Origin: Octopus sinensis
Taxonomy: Eukaryota
Reading direction: 5' to 3'
NCBI RefSeq assembly: GCF_006345805.1
Contig: NC_043014.1
Location: 43,090,001 to 43,154,000 of the forward strand
DNA length: 64,000 nucleotides
Shown here: in pieces, positions 63,415 to 64,000 of the stretch
Layout: each line of letters starts with the position of its first letter
Position numbering within the stretch: position 1 is the stretch's first letter
Notes under the pieces: generated by a model
The model's input: the letters and a program-made list of their open reading frames with translations, nothing else
Told to the model about the DNA's origin: nothing
The model's database searches: none
Position numbers and translations under genes: made by a program

Positions 63415-63720
63415 TCTTTTTACATGACCGACCAGGCTATCAGATGTTGTTACACATCGCTGGTCACAATGAGCTTCACATTGTTTTAGCCTTCAAATGA
63501 TGCCACCCTGTTGGCTAAGCGAGCAGGCCAACAGAAGAAAGAGTGGGAGAAAGTTGCGGTGAAAGAGTACAGCAGGGATCGCCACCACCCCCTGCCGGAG
63601 CCTTGTGGAGCTTTAGGTGTTTTCGCTCAATAAATACTCACAACGCCTGGTCTGGGAATCGAAACCGTGATCCCACGACCGCGAGTTCACTGCCCTAACC
63701 ACTGGGCCATTGCAACTCCA
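63415..63720 (-). mobile_element. SINE family A head with an alternative 3' tail (tail also at 31683-31790)
   Basis: Head identical in type to 38535-38922, but continues into 'ggcctgctcgcttagcc..gtgaccagcgatgtgtaacaacatctgatagcctggtcggtcatg'. Confidence 0.8.
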
Positions 63721-63739
63721 CATATGTATATATATATAT

Positions 63740-64000
63740 TTATATGGCACATAAAAAGCACCATTTGAGCATGATCATTACCAGCATCACCTTAATGGCA
63801 CTTGTGTCAGTGGCACGTGAAAAAACATTTGAGTGAAAAAACATTTGAGTGAAAAAACATTTGAGTGAGGTCGTTGCCAGTGCTGCTGGACTGGTTCTTG
63901 TGCAGGTGGCACGTAAAAAACACCATTTGAACATGGCCGTTGCCAGTACCGCCTGACTGGCCCTCGTGCCAGTGGCACATAAAAGCACCTGCTACATCTT
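63740..64000 (+). mobile_element. RTE 3' UTR fragment running off the window; includes a 16-bp unit x3 at 63818-63868
   Basis: Repeated 'gtggcac(g/a)taaaaa(g/a)cacc' modules. Confidence 0.75.

Overview
AT-rich animal genomic DNA that is almost entirely repeat-derived. From the repeat content (tRNA-headed SINEs, RTE LINEs with (GAT)n tails, very large microsatellite blocks) it is most likely a cephalopod (Octopus); this is an inference. No complete protein-coding gene is supported. Most ORFs in the supplied track are microsatellite or SINE artefacts. Recognisable elements: two 5'-truncated RTE LINEs (5431-7285 on +, and 56189-61698 on - with an ACAAT target-site duplication and a ~3 kb tandemly amplified 3' UTR); a CR1/L2 3' end; an R4/Dong-like RT remnant; four Penelope-like remnants; three deleted Tc1/mariner elements; three non-autonomous Helitron-like elements; several foldback/MITE hairpins; dozens of SINE copies; and a 100-N gap. 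The main signal not covered by ordinary annotation is a set of unrelated type I hammerhead-ribozyme motifs. The best is at 33384-33425, at the tip of a long hairpin inside a ~360-bp unit present as 1.3 tandem copies (retrozyme-like). A second, with an unusually long stem II, occurs as an inverted pair at 45866-46089. Weak gene candidates are a duplicated 33-nt microexon (44502, 47055) and two phase-compatible minus-strand exons (54286-54200, 53336-53227) encoding a Cys-rich peptide ending in CRC. Repeat boundaries were read by eye and are approximate.
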